From Candidatus Poseidoniaceae archaeon (GTDB lineage: Archaea; Thermoplasmatota; Poseidoniia; Poseidoniales; Poseidoniaceae): a stretch of 32,000 bases of DNA. The stretch's first letter is position 1; each line of letters begins with the position of its first letter. The position numbers were made by a program, and so were the translations under genes. Below are positions 22,842 to 31,567 of this stretch, one piece after another. The stretch is taken from positions 720,001-752,000 of the forward strand of contig CALSTM010000002.1 in NCBI GenBank assembly GCA_943789275.1, in the 5' to 3' direction. The notes beneath the pieces were generated by a model. It ran no database searches and was not told where the DNA came from. It saw only the letters and a program-made list of their open reading frames with translations.

Positions 22842-25193
22842 TTATTTGTGTTGGGGAAGCCTGCGGTTTACATCGCGAAGGTCTTGTTGTAATTCCGAAC
22901 GAAAATTACCGGGTTTTTGAGGCGTCTGCATTACCTCACTGAAGTGCCAATGCCACGGCGGCGCATCTGGAACGCCGAGAGAGGATTGAGCACTATCAAG
23001 ATGAAGCGAGAGGTTTCGGCGCGCCGTCTGCTTAGCATGATCTCTTCGCACAAATACGGTTTTTTGGTCCTGAGTACCGTTCTCAACAAATCCAAGGAGA
23101 ACGGCAAACCTTCGAATAATGCGTCGTTCCTGAGGACTGCGCACGGTCATCGAAAGATGGCAGTGCTCAAAGGTAACATCATCGCCATCCAAAACCCCAA
23201 GCCGGAAGGTCGAGCCAATTGGATGCAAGAACAAGGCTTCCCAAATTCTCGGGAATATTTCGCAGAACCGTCGCTCTCCGTTTCGAATATCACCGACTGG
23301 TAGGTTTTCGACAATTGCTATTTGTCGCTGTCTTTGATGTTGGAGTTGCACCCAATTGTTCCGTTCACGCCCGAAATGGTGGAAGAAATGATGCATTTCT
23401 GACTCTTCCTCAAGAGGACCGTCTTTCAACGATTTGTGCCACATTTCAATGAACTGCGGATGCGGCATAGTGGAATTTGCCGCTACGGCGTGCTCGACAA
23501 GAACATCACATCGAGATTTATGATTCGGACCGACATCGTCACGTTGCCATCGTCGGCGGTTGAAAGCTATGTTTCTACGGAACAAATGCATCATGTTGTG
23601 TTGCTCCCCCAGTTCTCCCACAGACTGGTCTCGCGGTAACCATCGAATACTGCTCGCGTGTTGATTCATGATTTGTTCGAATTGTTTGACTGTTGAATCG
23701 TGGAGAAATGGAAGGTGCTTTTCGGTCAATGGTGTAGGGAAACCAAGCGGAGACCTTGAGGCAATGTGTTCCCTTAAACTATCGATTTTTCCGGAGGTTT
23801 TGACATCGTCTACCAGAGACAAAATTACTGACACGATTGTATCCCCGAGAGGAACCGTGGTATGAAATGAGCCTTCATGAATACAAAGCGGTGTAGTCCT
23901 TCTCGGTTCTAAGGAATCTATCGCCCGAATAACAAACGGCGCTCGATGGGCTCCTTTGCCGACTTTGACTTCATAGAAATGACCCATCCGACCGATAACC
24001 AACATGCACTCATCATGAACAAAAACCCTGTCCGAATTGCTGTCAATGACTTCACGGAGAAACTGAATTGAGCGACGAAGAGGGGCAGGTATCTGGTGAG
24101 ATTCATGTTTTGAATCGGTCCAATTATGCTGTAAAGCATAGAGCAGATTAGAGGCTGAGGACTTGAGAGGTGAGTAGGCAAGAGAAAGGAGATAGGCCCA
24201 AACTGCTGGCTCGTCTGGAACGGTTGTTTTTCTCGATGCGTTGTTTTTCGACCGCACAACGAACTTGAGTTTTCCACCAACAATTTCAAACGGCAGGGTT
24301 CGAGCGTTTTGGAACTGATTGGGTTGAGAATAGACGAGCCATCGTCTGGTCCAGGGATAGGTGGCGAGTTCCTCTAATCCGGTCGGATGGTGGCTAAATG
24401 CTTCTTTCAAACGGTTCTCAAACTTCGTCCCAATCGGTGTTGAAAGCCTTTGACGAACATCGCGAGACCAGACGCCCAGTGGATTCATTAGCAAATGTTT
24501 TGGTGGTTCAAGTTCCTCTTCAGCCATCCATTCAACCCATGAAAGCATAGACGAGGCGATCGGCTTATCCAAAGATTCACGGATTCGATGAAGGCCAATG
24601 AGACGGCGGGGTAGCCTGCGAATTTCGAGGGTTTCTATGGCATCTGTTCTCATGCAGGCGATGGCTGTGAGTAATTTCGACATGTTCCATCCGCGCCGGT
24701 TTTTCTTCGAAGAAAGGAGAGTCAGTACTGAAACCATCGGAATCACTGCAAATGTTACTCTGCCGTTGATGTACATCTGATCCTCTCGAAACGATATGTG
24801 TGCGCCATCGAAGAGATGGAAGCCACAATGCAATTGATTTCGCTGTTTTTTATCCAACCGTACGCCGTCAGAAATCCGCTGGATGATGGTTTTCATCTCA
24901 GCATCGTCGCACGGGGCTGACAGCACTGGGTCCATCGTGGAATCCGGTAACCTCGCCCAGCAAACATCTTCAGTTTGAGACACATTCTGCACCAGATTGC
25001 GCCAACGTTGCCTCGCTGTGCAACTTCCACCACCAATCAATTGCAGTGCTTCAGTATGTTTATGCTCAGGAATCTCATACGACCACCTTTTACCTGTTTT
25101 AGAAACGATAAGCGATTCACACAGCAGGCACGGTGTTGTTGGTGAAGGGTGCTCGCAAACAGAGCAAAACGAGGTGTGCAATTGCCCAACCAT
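22842..25193 (-). CDS. Large orphan protein (783 aa) with an N-terminal zinc ribbon. It has no family I can recognise, but it does show a PD-(D/E)XK-like signature.
   Basis: Uninterrupted 2.35-kb ORF. Zinc ribbon CSVC-x8-CLLC (25119..25166). Central RVFVHD-x13-EVKV (23958..24029). The protein is Arg/His/Trp-rich. Confidence 0.7.
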   Translation of the reverse strand: MVGQLHTSFCSVCEHPSPTTPCLLCESLIVSKTGKRWSYEIPEHKHTEALQLIGGGSCTARQRWRNLVQNVSQTEDVCWARLPDSTMDPVLSAPCDDAEMKTIIQRISDGVRLDKKQRNQLHCGFHLFDGAHISFREDQMYINGRVTFAVIPMVSVLTLLSSKKNRRGWNMSKLLTAIACMRTDAIETLEIRRLPRRLIGLHRIRESLDKPIASSMLSWVEWMAEEELEPPKHLLMNPLGVWSRDVRQRLSTPIGTKFENRLKEAFSHHPTGLEELATYPWTRRWLVYSQPNQFQNARTLPFEIVGGKLKFVVRSKNNASRKTTVPDEPAVWAYLLSLAYSPLKSSASNLLYALQHNWTDSKHESHQIPAPLRRSIQFLREVIDSNSDRVFVHDECMLVIGRMGHFYEVKVGKGAHRAPFVIRAIDSLEPRRTTPLCIHEGSFHTTVPLGDTIVSVILSLVDDVKTSGKIDSLREHIASRSPLGFPTPLTEKHLPFLHDSTVKQFEQIMNQHASSIRWLPRDQSVGELGEQHNMMHLFRRNIAFNRRRWQRDDVGPNHKSRCDVLVEHAVAANSTMPHPQFIEMWHKSLKDGPLEEESEMHHFFHHFGRERNNWVQLQHQRQRQIAIVENLPVGDIRNGERRFCEIFPRIWEALFLHPIGSTFRLGVLDGDDVTFEHCHLSMTVRSPQERRIIRRFAVLLGFVENGTQDQKTVFVRRDHAKQTARRNLSLHLDSAQSSLGVPDAPPWHWHFSEVMQTPQKPGNFRSELQQDLRDVNRRLPQHK

Positions 25194-25214
25194 AGTAGGT
25201 TAGATTATCGAGAG

Positions 25215-25222
25215 TATTTAAT
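25215..25222 (-). promoter_or_regulatory. TATA-like box (ATTAAATA on the minus strand) overlapping the threonine aldolase stop codon. It is positioned for a leaderless transcript of the 783-aa orphan.
   Basis: One mismatch to TTTAAATA. Its centre is about 25 nt upstream of the ATG at 25193. No SD lies in the 24-nt gap. Confidence 0.3.
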
Positions 25223-26270
25223 TCTCCAACGATGAAAAAGCCTCGATGATACGCTCGACATCCTCATCCGTAACATGGAGATGAACAACGATGCGACAAA
25301 CATTCGGTTTAACGTCCAAGACATCAATATTCAGTTGACGGAGGCCTTCCATGACCTCAAGCGCTGGCATCCGGGATTCAAAGTAAACCATGTTGGTCTC
25401 TACTGTATCCATTTTTACCTCAAATCCATCGAGTTTATTGATGGCTTTAGCGAGAACCTGAGTACGTCGATGGTCTTCAGACAAACGGTCCACGTGATGT
25501 TCGAGCGCATGTAAACATGCAGCCGCAAGAATACCAGACTGGCGCATACCCCCGCCGAACATCTTTCGCCAGCGATGAGCTTGTGCGATAAAGGAATGAG
25601 TGCCGACCAAAACAGAGCCAACCGGTGCACCAAGACCTTTTGAGAAGCAAATGGAAACCGAATCGTAATCGCGTAACATGCGATGAAGAGGGGTTGCCGT
25701 TGCAACAACCGCATTGAAAATTCGCGCACCGTCCATGTGTATTGCGCAGTTGTTCGACTTAGCAACTGCAGCAATATCGTCTAAGGTGTCCTGTTGATAG
25801 CAAGCACCGCCTCCTCTGTTGGAAGTGTTTTCGACGCACACCAATGTGCCGTCTGGGAAATGAGAAAGCGAGCCGGCTTGTTTTCGAATGGCGAGTTGAA
25901 CATCTTCAGCTCGCATCAAACCGCCGTGAACGTCGACCAGCGCAATCGATGCACCGCATAGGGCGGCGTACCCCCCACCTTCATAGATGTAAATATGGCT
26001 GTTCTTCGCAGTAATAATTTCGTCGCCTGGACTGGTATGGGCCCTTAAAGCAATGGCGTTTGACATGGTCCCTGATGGAACAAATAAACCAGCTTCTTTA
26101 CCGCACATTTGAGCCATTTTCTGTTCCAGTAAAGACACTGTAGGGTCATCACCAAGCACATCGTCGCCAACAACAGCCGCGTTCATTGCTTCACGCATGA
26201 GTGGCGTTGGTTGAGTAACGGTATCTGAACGAAGGTCGATTCGGTCGGAATTGTAATCACGCATAACCAT
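25218..26270 (-). CDS. ltaE: Low-specificity L-threonine aldolase (PLP-dependent, fold type I).
   Basis: IDLRSDTVTQPT, GTMSNAIAL, HMDGARIFNA and the PLP-lysine context SICFSKGLGAPVGS. Confidence 0.85.
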   Translation of the reverse strand: MVMRDYNSDRIDLRSDTVTQPTPLMREAMNAAVVGDDVLGDDPTVSLLEQKMAQMCGKEAGLFVPSGTMSNAIALRAHTSPGDEIITAKNSHIYIYEGGGYAALCGASIALVDVHGGLMRAEDVQLAIRKQAGSLSHFPDGTLVCVENTSNRGGGACYQQDTLDDIAAVAKSNNCAIHMDGARIFNAVVATATPLHRMLRDYDSVSICFSKGLGAPVGSVLVGTHSFIAQAHRWRKMFGGGMRQSGILAAACLHALEHHVDRLSEDHRRTQVLAKAINKLDGFEVKMDTVETNMVYFESRMPALEVMEGLRQLNIDVLDVKPNVCRIVVHLHVTDEDVERIIEAFSSLEN

Positions 26271-26307
26271 CGCAATGCGTCACTCCTCATGAAGGCAATG
26301 GAGTTGT

Positions 26308-26724
26308 TTAGAGGAGTTTCAATTCACCCGTAATGGCTTGAAATTGCTCTTCCGTATCTGGCCCCAGTGCAAGTACAGTGAGTGAACCGCTTGGGATTTG
26401 TGTGTGGCCTGCGTCGTGGACAAGTGTCGTCATAATGCCTGCTTCTTTGGCTGATTTTTCAAGCACCAATAAGTGCTCGGCATCCGTTCCTTTTAAGCAG
26501 ACTTTTTTTTGCCCAGTAGCGAGCCATTGTTCGAGGTAAAGTGGTTTGATGGAGCCGGCTTTCATTGTAGCCATCACCGCTCCGTGTCCGACTTGAGCGG
26601 CCATTTTCCCTTTACCCATCTTCAATCCTTGATTGACGACACACACCATTTTACACGGCCCTTTCGGGTTTTGCCCGCTTGGAGAAGGAGCTGTGAGTCG
26701 ATGTAAAAAAGAACGTAATCCCAT
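26308..26724 (-). CDS. pth2: Peptidyl-tRNA hydrolase, archaeal/eukaryal Pth2 type (paralogue B), with an N-terminal extension of about 25 aa.
   Basis: KMVCVVNQGLKMGKGKMAAQVGHGAV...VHDAGHTQIPSGSLTVLALGP. GGTGAT lies directly after the upstream stop, 4 nt from ATG 26724. The ORF track starts at GTG 26727. Confidence 0.8.
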   Translation of the reverse strand: MGLRSFLHRLTAPSPSGQNPKGPCKMVCVVNQGLKMGKGKMAAQVGHGAVMATMKAGSIKPLYLEQWLATGQKKVCLKGTDAEHLLVLEKSAKEAGIMTTLVHDAGHTQIPSGSLTVLALGPDTEEQFQAITGELKLL

Positions 26725-26732
26725 CACATCAC

Positions 26733-27107
26733 CTAATACGGTTTCAAGTCCGATACAAGAGCATCAATGGCGCGACGGGGTGCTGGACCAATACCGAGGA
26801 CTGTAATCGTCCCCGGCGGAACTTCAGTGTGACCTGCATCTTTGACAAGCGTCGTCACTAGACCGGCCGCTTGTGCCTGTCCAGCAAGCCGTTGAAGCGT
26901 TTCGAGGTCGTCTGCACGTAGGCAAATTTTCCTCGCCCCCCCGTTCTTCCAACGCTCAACAAGTCGGGCATGAGACTTGCGAGCATTCAACGTGCAGGTT
27001 ACAGCAGCGTGCGAACACTGGACGGCAAGTTTGCCTGCTGACATCTTGAGGTCTTTGCGAGCAATGAGTACCATTGATGGGTCTTCAGCCGTCGATACCA
27101 TGGCCAT
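26733..27107 (-). CDS. pth2: Peptidyl-tRNA hydrolase, Pth2 type (paralogue A).
   Basis: MVLIARKDLKMSAGKLAVQCSHAAV...VKDAGHTEVPPGTITVLGIGP. The start is ambiguous: ATG 27107 or 27101 overlap the upstream gene, and ATG 27074 would give a canonical N-terminus. Confidence 0.8.
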   Translation of the reverse strand: MAMVSTAEDPSMVLIARKDLKMSAGKLAVQCSHAAVTCTLNARKSHARLVERWKNGGARKICLRADDLETLQRLAGQAQAAGLVTTLVKDAGHTEVPPGTITVLGIGPAPRRAIDALVSDLKPY

Positions 27108-27744
27108 TCACCACCGCAAACTCGATTTCTTCGAGCGATGGTTGCTCTTCAAGAAGATTGGAGAACCAACTGCCCATCCAGACAACAAAGGCAAAATTAC
27201 CTGCCATATGGAGAAGATCAAACGGTATGCCATGAAGAAGGTAGGTGGCAAATTCGACAAAGCCAATTGTACCGTCAAGTATGGAGAAAGAGACGATGAT
27301 GTCAAACCATACCGCCGCTGCAAGCGATGCGAAAATTGCTCTGCGTAGATTGAGGCCCGAGGGTGTTACCAGTGAGAGTTGTGAGCCAGCGAAGGCGACG
27401 CTTGCCCAACCGGCTGCTTGGAATACGGTCCACCACCCATCGCCCATGAAGAAATTCGAAATCATAGCGACAAGCACAGCAAATGCTGCCCCACGTCGTG
27501 CCCCCAATTGAGCACCAACAAGCAAAGCAGCTACCGTAACCGGTTGGATATTTGGCAACGGTTGCATGACGACTCGAATCAAAGAAACCGACAAAACAAG
27601 CGCTGCTAAGAAGAGCGTGTCCATGACCGGACGCTTCGTTGGCTTTGCCAAAAGCCAAAAGGCAACTCCCAGTAACGCGGCATCCAATACCAAACTCGCG
27701 AATGGAGAAAGTGTGGGGCCGTGAACACCCATTGCTTGGAACAT
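27085..27744 (-). CDS. Six-TM-type membrane protein resembling ECF-transporter substrate-capture (S) components.
   Basis: Hydrophobic throughout. The MQPLPNIQPVTVAALLVGAQLGARRG segment resembles the PN-x-x-P ... G-x-x-x-G opening of S-component-like families. No ATPase or T component is nearby. Confidence 0.5.
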   Translation of the reverse strand: MFQAMGVHGPTLSPFASLVLDAALLGVAFWLLAKPTKRPVMDTLFLAALVLSVSLIRVVMQPLPNIQPVTVAALLVGAQLGARRGAAFAVLVAMISNFFMGDGWWTVFQAAGWASVAFAGSQLSLVTPSGLNLRRAIFASLAAAVWFDIIVSFSILDGTIGFVEFATYLLHGIPFDLLHMAGNFAFVVWMGSWFSNLLEEQPSLEEIEFAVVNGHGIDG

Positions 27745-27785
27745 AATTCAACCCAAGAGGGTGGATGATTTGAGGCTTACCTAAG

Positions 27786-29462
27786 TTATACGGGAGTCCA
27801 TCGGACTATTGAGGTTGATTCAACCGCCACATTATCGACAGAAACCCGTCCTTTGGAACCGTCGACAAAGTACTCCCATCCATCGCCTTGTACGCCGTTG
27901 ATCGAAGAGATATAGATGCCAATACTCGTTTCTTCCACCGTAAGAGAACTGTTTCTTTCTTCTGCAGCAGCTCTGGTCAAGGTGTACACATTTTCGTGGC
28001 CGACCAATCCTCCAACCGCTGCTTCTTCTCCATCGAATTCAAAAATAACGATTTGAGTGCCAAGCCAAGATTCGGGCCATTCATCATTCCAGACTTCTGT
28101 TGTTGAAGCAGGAAGGTTCTGGTCAACCGCCTGGGACCACAATTGCGATACGTCGGGAACGATGAGAAGCAAAATCAAAACAGTGAAGAGACTCGATGTT
28201 CTCAAAAAGAGGTCCCTGTTTCCATTGAGAACAAAGATGGCTGAAGAACCGAGAAACACATAGGCTGCAAAAATGAGGCCCTGAGTTGACCAATCAAAAT
28301 CCTTTGAAAGTTCAGTTTCCTCGGCCTGAGCCAATTGATACAGGTGAAGAACAGATTGGTCGTTACCAAATGCGGTATAATTTACTCCGCCCGATACGAA
28401 CCACAGTGGAGCGGCGGTCCCGTAACCGTAGATGCCTACATCGATGAATTCAAACGTCAAATTTTGGCCATCTTCAAAAATAAACGAGCCCCAGTTGGAA
28501 TCGGGAGTATTGGATGGAGCGATGATTTGACCGTCGTGATGCCAACCAATTTCACCGTTCGTGTGGAACGGTATTTGGCTTTCAACCGAACACGTATCGT
28601 TACAACTTAGCATTCTTAGATTTTCTGAATCTGCTACCACCACATATTGCCCTTGCAAAGAGGGGAGAGCTGGAGAGGGTCCTGCGAGAAATTGTTGCCG
28701 TTGTTGACCGCTTTCAGGGTCGAGAATAAAGATTGTACTGTCCATAGGAGATTGGACATGAACAAGCAGTCCCGCAGAAGTAAGGAGGGGAGCGTGACGT
28801 ATTTTTCCCTGGAAGCTTGCCAGAGCCGTCGCATTTCCGTTAGCGTGAACCTGCCATAACGTACCAAGTTCATCTCCAGAATACATGGAGTCGCCGTAAA
28901 TACTCACGCCGTTCCTCCAACCAAGGCCTGTTTCGACCCACCAATCTTGCGAACCATCTGCAAGGCAGAATTGTCCAATGCCTCGCCGCGTCGGATAGAT
29001 AACGTGGTCTTGCGAAACGCTTGCAGCGCCGGTGATGCCCCAGCCTGCAACTTCAGTTTGAGCAGTCCAGTACACACTTCCGTTGCTCGGATGTAAAGCA
29101 TTGATGACGCCATCGGTCCAACCGACAAGGAGAAGATCCGGCCAGGCTCCACATGCTCCCTCGCCAGATTTCACCGGCAACAACGGTGACATGTCGTTGT
29201 TTTTGGAATGAACATTGGAGTATTTCCACGCTAAAGTCCCGTCAAGTTCCAAAGCAGTAACCGACGGTTCTGAATGTCCAGAAGTGCGAACGATAATTTT
29301 CTCATCGACGAAAATCGGTGATGTGGAAATATATCCTGCTCCAAAATCATATTCCCAAGCCCGTGAATTTTCTTGGTTCCAAGACGATTCAACCGCATCG
29401 GCGGTGACGAGTGGCAACAGCATGATGCTGAGGAAAAGGAACGCTATCAAGCGCTGAATCAT
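27786..29462 (-). CDS. Secreted PQQ-like (BamB-type) beta-propeller protein, with two TM helices and a C-terminal transcobalamin-like (DUF4430-like) domain.
   Basis: Signal peptide MIQRLIAFLFLSIMLLPLVTADA. Repeated xxDGxxxW blades: LELDGTLAWKY, HPSNGSVYWTA, LADGSQDWWVE, LDPESGQQ. TM helices are GLIFAAYVFLGSSAIFVL and LFTVLILLLIVP. The C-terminal IGIYISSINGVQGDGWEYFVDGSKGRVSVDNVAV...VRW spans about 27789..28080. I prefer ATG 29462 (GGAGTGA 5 nt upstream) to GTG 29471. Confidence 0.7.
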   Translation of the reverse strand: MIQRLIAFLFLSIMLLPLVTADAVESSWNQENSRAWEYDFGAGYISTSPIFVDEKIIVRTSGHSEPSVTALELDGTLAWKYSNVHSKNNDMSPLLPVKSGEGACGAWPDLLLVGWTDGVINALHPSNGSVYWTAQTEVAGWGITGAASVSQDHVIYPTRRGIGQFCLADGSQDWWVETGLGWRNGVSIYGDSMYSGDELGTLWQVHANGNATALASFQGKIRHAPLLTSAGLLVHVQSPMDSTIFILDPESGQQRQQFLAGPSPALPSLQGQYVVVADSENLRMLSCNDTCSVESQIPFHTNGEIGWHHDGQIIAPSNTPDSNWGSFIFEDGQNLTFEFIDVGIYGYGTAAPLWFVSGGVNYTAFGNDQSVLHLYQLAQAEETELSKDFDWSTQGLIFAAYVFLGSSAIFVLNGNRDLFLRTSSLFTVLILLLIVPDVSQLWSQAVDQNLPASTTEVWNDEWPESWLGTQIVIFEFDGEEAAVGGLVGHENVYTLTRAAAEERNSSLTVEETSIGIYISSINGVQGDGWEYFVDGSKGRVSVDNVAVESTSIVRWTPV

Positions 29463-29467
29463 GACAA

Positions 29468-31498
29468 TCACTCCGAGAGGTTTTGAATCGCTTGGCGAAG
29501 AAGGGCGCTGACGACTTTCCCATCTGCTGCCCCAACTGCTTGCATCACCACGCCCATAAGAGGACCCATAGCACCCATTCCACGCTCTTTGACAAAGTCT
29601 GCTCGTTCAGCCACAATTCCTTCGATAATGGCGCCTAAGTCCCCGGCATCCGCTGGTTTGAAGCCGTTTGCTTCACCGAAGTCAGCGATCTCTTGATTGC
29701 TTGGTGAAGCACCAGCAAAGTGTTCAATGATGTCGTTCATTGATTCCCGTGTGAGGAGCCCTTCTTCTTTGACTGCCAGTACTTTAGCACATAATTCTGG
29801 GTCAGCAGTATCGTTCTCTAAAACTACGCTTGCCCAACCCTTGTGGGGTAAACCGTTGGCATGGTCGACAAAGATGTCGTCCAATTCACGTGCAAGCAAC
29901 TGACTTGCTTGGTCGCCTGAAACTTCAAACTTCGATAATCGTTCACGGCGTTCATCGTCTGTCATCGGTAAGGATTCAAGAATTTCTTGCCAACGTTGAT
30001 CTGTTAGGGAGAAGACTGGGACGTCGGTCTCTGGATACATTCGAGCCCCTCCCGGCAATGGACGCATCGGGGAGGTAGTGCCGTCCTCAGGTGCACCCTT
30101 TTTGACAACCACATTTCGGACTTCCTGTGCAGTTCTATGCCATGCTTTTCGAGCTCTGGTCAAGACGCTCTCAAGTGCAAGTTCTGCTTGCCACTGTGGG
30201 GCAAGACAGAGAATGAAACCGTCTGCGGGAGAAAGTGAGAGGTGTTGACGAACCAAATCGACGTGTTCTGTTTCAATGCCATACGCTGGTAGTTCGTCCG
30301 AGTGAAAAACACCTTTGACGCCAGCAAGTTTCGCAGCACCCGCTAATTCTCGGCCAAGCCTTGGCATCTGTGCGCCTTCCTTATCCAATGTTTTAGAGCC
30401 GATTTTTCCGGCAAGGCCAGCAAGAGGTAAAGCGAGCATGGTGAATCCATTGGCTAAGCCGGTCTTGACCATTTTTGATTCGCATGAGGTAAAGCACTCG
30501 CTGGTATCTTCCAAAACAAGAGGGAGATGTGCTGCAACGGCCTTGGCGACCTCCGTTTCGACCACTGAATCATCGCTTCGGCGGTCGGGAGGAAGCGCTG
30601 GCAAGGACAAATCGCTGCGCAATTGGTTGGCCAGTCTGTAGAAGTGGAGTTGCCGGGACATTTCCAGACGGATAATTCGCGGAATCCATGAAAGATCTTG
30701 ACAACCTTTGATTTCAACACGGTCGCCGCATGCTAAAGAGACGTTCAGGTCTTGACGAATACTACCGAGTCCGCGACGAACTCTACGCGTCTGTCGTAGA
30801 CAGCGTCCAAGCGCCATCGATGTTTCCTTTGCATGCTCTGGAGATACGACATCTGGAGATGTTGCAATTTCAATCAAAGGCAAACCAAGTCGGTCGAGGT
30901 TGTAGATGACTTGTTCTCCATTTGAAGTCGACAACGTATCGAGTTTACGAGCACTGTCTTCTTCTAAGCACAAGACATCGACCCCAACTGGACCTGTTTC
31001 GGTTTCAAGAACCCCGTCGACTGAAATGAGCGAGGTTCTTTGAAATCCACTGGTGTTTGAGCCATCGACGACAGTCTTACGCATCGTTTGTAGCAGTGAA
31101 ACAGGTTTCGCTTTAAGCAATGCCGAAACCGTGAGGGCGATTTCAACAGCATCTCTGTCGTGCGGTAGGGGTGGTTGCTCATCCAACTCGATTAATCCAG
31201 AATTTGGCGATTGAACGTAAACAAATGAACGGTTTCGGCGAGATTCAAAACGAGCAGCAATATCGATTGCGCCACCCTCGCCACGAGCCGCTCGCAAGCG
31301 TCGCTGGAAGCGAGTCCACTGCTCTGGTACGGTGTCAATGGTGACGTCGTAAAGTACGCCAGGTTGGCGGGAATGAAGTTTGCCGGTCGCAAGTTGTTGG
31401 TGAACCTCAATACCACACATGAAGCCTAATTCTGATGGATTGAGCGCATTGGCATCCTCGACATCACCGACTGGTTCTGTGCGAATTGGGCCGGCCAT
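29468..31498 (-). CDS. gatE: Glutamyl-tRNA(Gln) amidotransferase subunit E (archaea-specific GatE).
   Basis: N-terminal GFMCGIEVHQQLATGKLHSR. The GatB/E core includes LEEDSARK, NLDRLGLPLIEIATSPD and a DLNVS...VEIKG segment. An AspRS-like insertion is present, and the C-terminus is YqeY-like (MGPLMGVVMQAVGAADGKVVSALL). No gatD is in the window. Confidence 0.9.
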   Translation of the reverse strand: MAGPIRTEPVGDVEDANALNPSELGFMCGIEVHQQLATGKLHSRQPGVLYDVTIDTVPEQWTRFQRRLRAARGEGGAIDIAARFESRRNRSFVYVQSPNSGLIELDEQPPLPHDRDAVEIALTVSALLKAKPVSLLQTMRKTVVDGSNTSGFQRTSLISVDGVLETETGPVGVDVLCLEEDSARKLDTLSTSNGEQVIYNLDRLGLPLIEIATSPDVVSPEHAKETSMALGRCLRQTRRVRRGLGSIRQDLNVSLACGDRVEIKGCQDLSWIPRIIRLEMSRQLHFYRLANQLRSDLSLPALPPDRRSDDSVVETEVAKAVAAHLPLVLEDTSECFTSCESKMVKTGLANGFTMLALPLAGLAGKIGSKTLDKEGAQMPRLGRELAGAAKLAGVKGVFHSDELPAYGIETEHVDLVRQHLSLSPADGFILCLAPQWQAELALESVLTRARKAWHRTAQEVRNVVVKKGAPEDGTTSPMRPLPGGARMYPETDVPVFSLTDQRWQEILESLPMTDDERRERLSKFEVSGDQASQLLARELDDIFVDHANGLPHKGWASVVLENDTADPELCAKVLAVKEEGLLTRESMNDIIEHFAGASPSNQEIADFGEANGFKPADAGDLGAIIEGIVAERADFVKERGMGAMGPLMGVVMQAVGAADGKVVSALLRQAIQNLSE

Positions 31499-31567
31499 GC
31501 TTCAGCGGAGGCGTTCATCCTTCAAGACTACAACCCTTCACTTGGCACGAAGCATCAGTTTGAAATC

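Noticed and set aside
23000-23020. An HEPN-like R-x4-H match (RNLSLH, residues 726-731) near the C-terminus of the 783-aa orphan.
   Set aside because: The protein is so rich in Arg and His that R-x4-6-H matches are expected by chance. There is no supporting helical-pair context that I can judge by eye.
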